41,018 bases of DNA from Bradymonadales bacterium. Lineage in GTDB: Bacteria > Bdellovibrionota > UBA2394. The notes under the pieces are model-generated. The model had not been told where the DNA came from, did no database searches, and saw only the letters and a program-made list of their open reading frames with translations. The stretch is taken from assembly GCA_007693605.1 (NCBI GenBank), contig REDG01000027.1, forward strand, positions 1-41,018, read 5' to 3'. The translations under genes were made by a program, and so were the position numbers. Shown here in pieces: positions 39,147 to 41,018 of this stretch. Position 1 is the first letter of the stretch. Every line of letters begins with the position of its first letter.

Positions 39147-40109
39147 ATGATTTCAACTTTCTGGTCTAAACTGGCTTTTAGCGGCTCATTGCTGAGTTCA
39201 GTTTTTGTGCTCACCGCAGGGACGAGTTTTGCTCATATCGAGTCCGATATCGAGGACCTCAGTTTCGAAACGCTAGAGAACTATGCGACCTACAAGAGCT
39301 TTCGAGACGCCCTGTCAGCGGCCGAACGAGAGGCCTTCCGAAACAATGATCCCTTTGATCCAACCAATCGAACGCCTCACTCTCAAAACCCCATTCGAAG
39401 ACCTGGCTTTAATGACATTGGCTCGAGAGTTCCCATCCCACGACAGGGTGCCGCCTTTATCGTCGCGCTTGAAGTTTTGTATCAGACTCTCAACTACTAC
39501 GGGGTCGAACATATCGTTGAGAGAAGAGGCAATACGATTGACTTTCAAGTCGTTCATTCGAGCAAGGGCCATTTCAACTCCCTCGATCGGCTCCAAGTGA
39601 CTTACGCCCTTCAAGAGTTCTCTCGATTCTTCACCGCCTATATGTGCAACGCGCCGACCATTGAAAATTTCTATCATGCCTTTTCGCAGATTCCGATTGA
39701 GGAGATCGGATTGAGATTTAAGTTTGATATGGCCTGGGCTTTGTTGGGCAATCTTCTGCCTACAGAACCGCGGGCAATCTTCGCGGTCGGAAGTCGGTGG
39801 GCTGCGCTTGGACAACTTTTAGGGGGCTCTTCAACCATCACCGGACAGGTAGAGGATCAGAGAGAGCTAAGCCGTTGGCTGGGCATGCTCACGGATATCA
39901 CGAATCTAGTGGAGGGCTTGAGCCGAATGGTCTGTTATGTCGACATTCGACCTGATCCGGTTGAAGAGATTCAGAAGAGAATTGTGATCAATCGGCTCTT
40001 GGACCTGGAACTTTCAATGTTTCAAAACTACGAGTCCCTTCAAGAGCTTGTAGATGCGGCGATTGCGGAAGGCCGAGCCGCTCAGGTGCAACGCCTTCAG
40101 GACCGCTAA
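39147..40109 (+). CDS. Hypothetical secreted protein
   Basis: 320-codon ORF, signal-peptide-like N-terminus ending SFA, G-rich SD, upstream TTGATT-18-TACAGT. Confidence 0.7.
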   Translation: MISTFWSKLAFSGSLLSSVFVLTAGTSFAHIESDIEDLSFETLENYATYKSFRDALSAAEREAFRNNDPFDPTNRTPHSQNPIRRPGFNDIGSRVPIPRQGAAFIVALEVLYQTLNYYGVEHIVERRGNTIDFQVVHSSKGHFNSLDRLQVTYALQEFSRFFTAYMCNAPTIENFYHAFSQIPIEEIGLRFKFDMAWALLGNLLPTEPRAIFAVGSRWAALGQLLGGSSTITGQVEDQRELSRWLGMLTDITNLVEGLSRMVCYVDIRPDPVEEIQKRIVINRLLDLELSMFQNYESLQELVDAAIAEGRAAQVQRLQDR

Positions 40110-40269
40110 AATCCAAGGAACTGATCAAAGGGCTTGCTCTCAGAAGCCCAAGCTTGATACGAAAACTAAAGAAAAGGGGTCAGAGGATGAAAGTGCCTGG
40201 CTGCCTGTAGTCTTAGTGTTGAGCGGAAACGAAGGAGTATGAAAGAGGACTGTCGCCAGCCTCTTGATT

Positions 40270-40392
40270 GGGAGTGGCGATAAGGGTCCAGATGCGCGAA
40301 GGCAAGGAGCGAGCATCGCAGTGTGGTTCAATGCCACTCGAGAAGCGCAGCGACGCAGCCGCCAAAGCGGGTAGGCCTTTAGTGACACTCCC
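40270..40392. repeat. ~124-bp dispersed palindromic element, copy 2
   Basis: Reverse complement of 23524-23647. Confidence 0.85.
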
Positions 40393-40410
40393 GAGTAGAG
40401 TTTTACGAAA

Positions 40411-40725
40411 GTGCCCATAGCTCAGCTGTCAGGGCTTTAGCCCTGCCAAGTATGGAGAGAGCATCGCTCTATCCAGCTGAGCGGACATGAAGGAGTTGAA
40501 GTAGAGTTTTTACGAGTGCCCATAGCTCAGCTGTCAGGGCTTTAGCCCTGCCAAGTATGGAGAGAGCATCGCTCTATCCAGCTGAGCGGACATGAAGGAG
40601 TTGAAGTAGAGTTTTTACGAGTGCCCATAGCTCAGCTGTCAGGGCTTTAGCCCTGCCAAGTATGGAGAGAGCATCGCTCTATCCAGCTGAGCGGACATGA
40701 AGGAGTTGAAGTAGAGTTTTTACGA
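40411..40725 (+). repeat. 3 x 105-bp identical tandem repeat derived from the tRNA-Arg 5' half
   Basis: Units start 40411, 40516, 40621; each begins GTGCCCATAGCTCAGCTG, identical to tRNA nt 1-18. Confidence 0.92.
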
Positions 40726-40799
40726 GTGCCCATAGCTCAGCTGGATAGAGCATCAGATTTCTAATCTGAGGGTCCCAGGTTCGAATCCTGGTGGGCACG
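40726..40799 (+). tRNA. tRNA-Arg(TCT)
   Basis: Acceptor GTGCCCA/TGGGCAC, D arm, anticodon arm TCAGA-TTTCTAA-TCTGA, T arm CCAGG-TTCGAAT-CCTGG; CCA not encoded. Confidence 0.96.
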
Positions 40800-40992
40800 C
40801 ACTACTCCCCATTCCAAACCAAAAGCTAATCGTAATTGTTCCTATAGGCCAATTTACTCTCAGCTTCTGCGCTCTGCTCGAAGCTTCATTCGCTCGAAAG
40901 ACTCGCTCACCGTAAATTGGGGTTCGAATCCTGGTGGGCACGCATTACTCCTCACTCCACCCGAAAAGCTAATCGTAATTGTTCCTATAGGC
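40778..40992 (+). repeat. Diverged direct repeat (143-bp offset) of the tRNA 3' end plus trailer
   Basis: GGTTCGAATCCTGGTGGGCACGCA...AAAAGCTAATCGTAATTGTTCCTATAGGC at 40778 and 40921. Confidence 0.85.
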
Positions 40993-41018
40993 ATCTTTGC
41001 TCTCAAAGGCTCCGCCCT

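Noticed and set aside
40140..40418. 92-aa minus-strand ORF, and 40753-40941
   Set aside because: Translations of repeat and tRNA sequence
40411..40725. CRISPR array
   Set aside because: Units are identical along their whole length, with no unique spacers and no cas genes
40411..40725. Extra tRNA genes or a repeat protein (105 bp = 35 codons)
   Set aside because: Units lack anticodon and T arms; all three plus-strand frames contain stops and the ORF track shows no long minus-strand ORF across it
40921..40944. Prophage or genomic island attachment site
   Set aside because: No integrase or cargo between the copies, and similarity extends about 50 bp past the tRNA; kept only as an alternative explanation

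Overview
Bacterial core-genome segment of about 48% GC (estimated by eye). Gene order (carD-ispD-ispF-gltX-uvrB-uvrC; pal-cpoB-tsaD-rsmA-smpB) and protein style suggest Bdellovibrionota or a deltaproteobacterium-like lineage; this is an inference. It holds about 43 CDS, mostly housekeeping: tRNA/rRNA modification, aminoacyl-tRNA synthetases, DNA repair, redox, MEP pathway and PEP carboxylase. The unusual signal is mainly non-coding. (1) A tRNA-Arg(TCT) gene is preceded by three identical 105-bp units built from sense and antisense pieces of the tRNA's own 5' half plus an inserted hairpin, and followed by a duplication of its 3' end. (2) A CTAG-bounded MITE-like family appears as one full nested-hairpin copy and several 15-40 bp collapsed footprints, most overlapping stop codons of convergent genes. 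(3) A second ~124-bp dispersed palindromic element occurs in two copies. (4) A ~128-nt unassigned structured RNA candidate lies between trhO and serC. (5) An AbrB/MraZ-like-MNT fusion split by a -1 frameshift sits upstream of a HEPN gene. (6) Sigma70-like promoters repeatedly end 6-7 nt before start codons, suggesting leaderless mRNAs. All family calls are by motif recognition; no searches were run.
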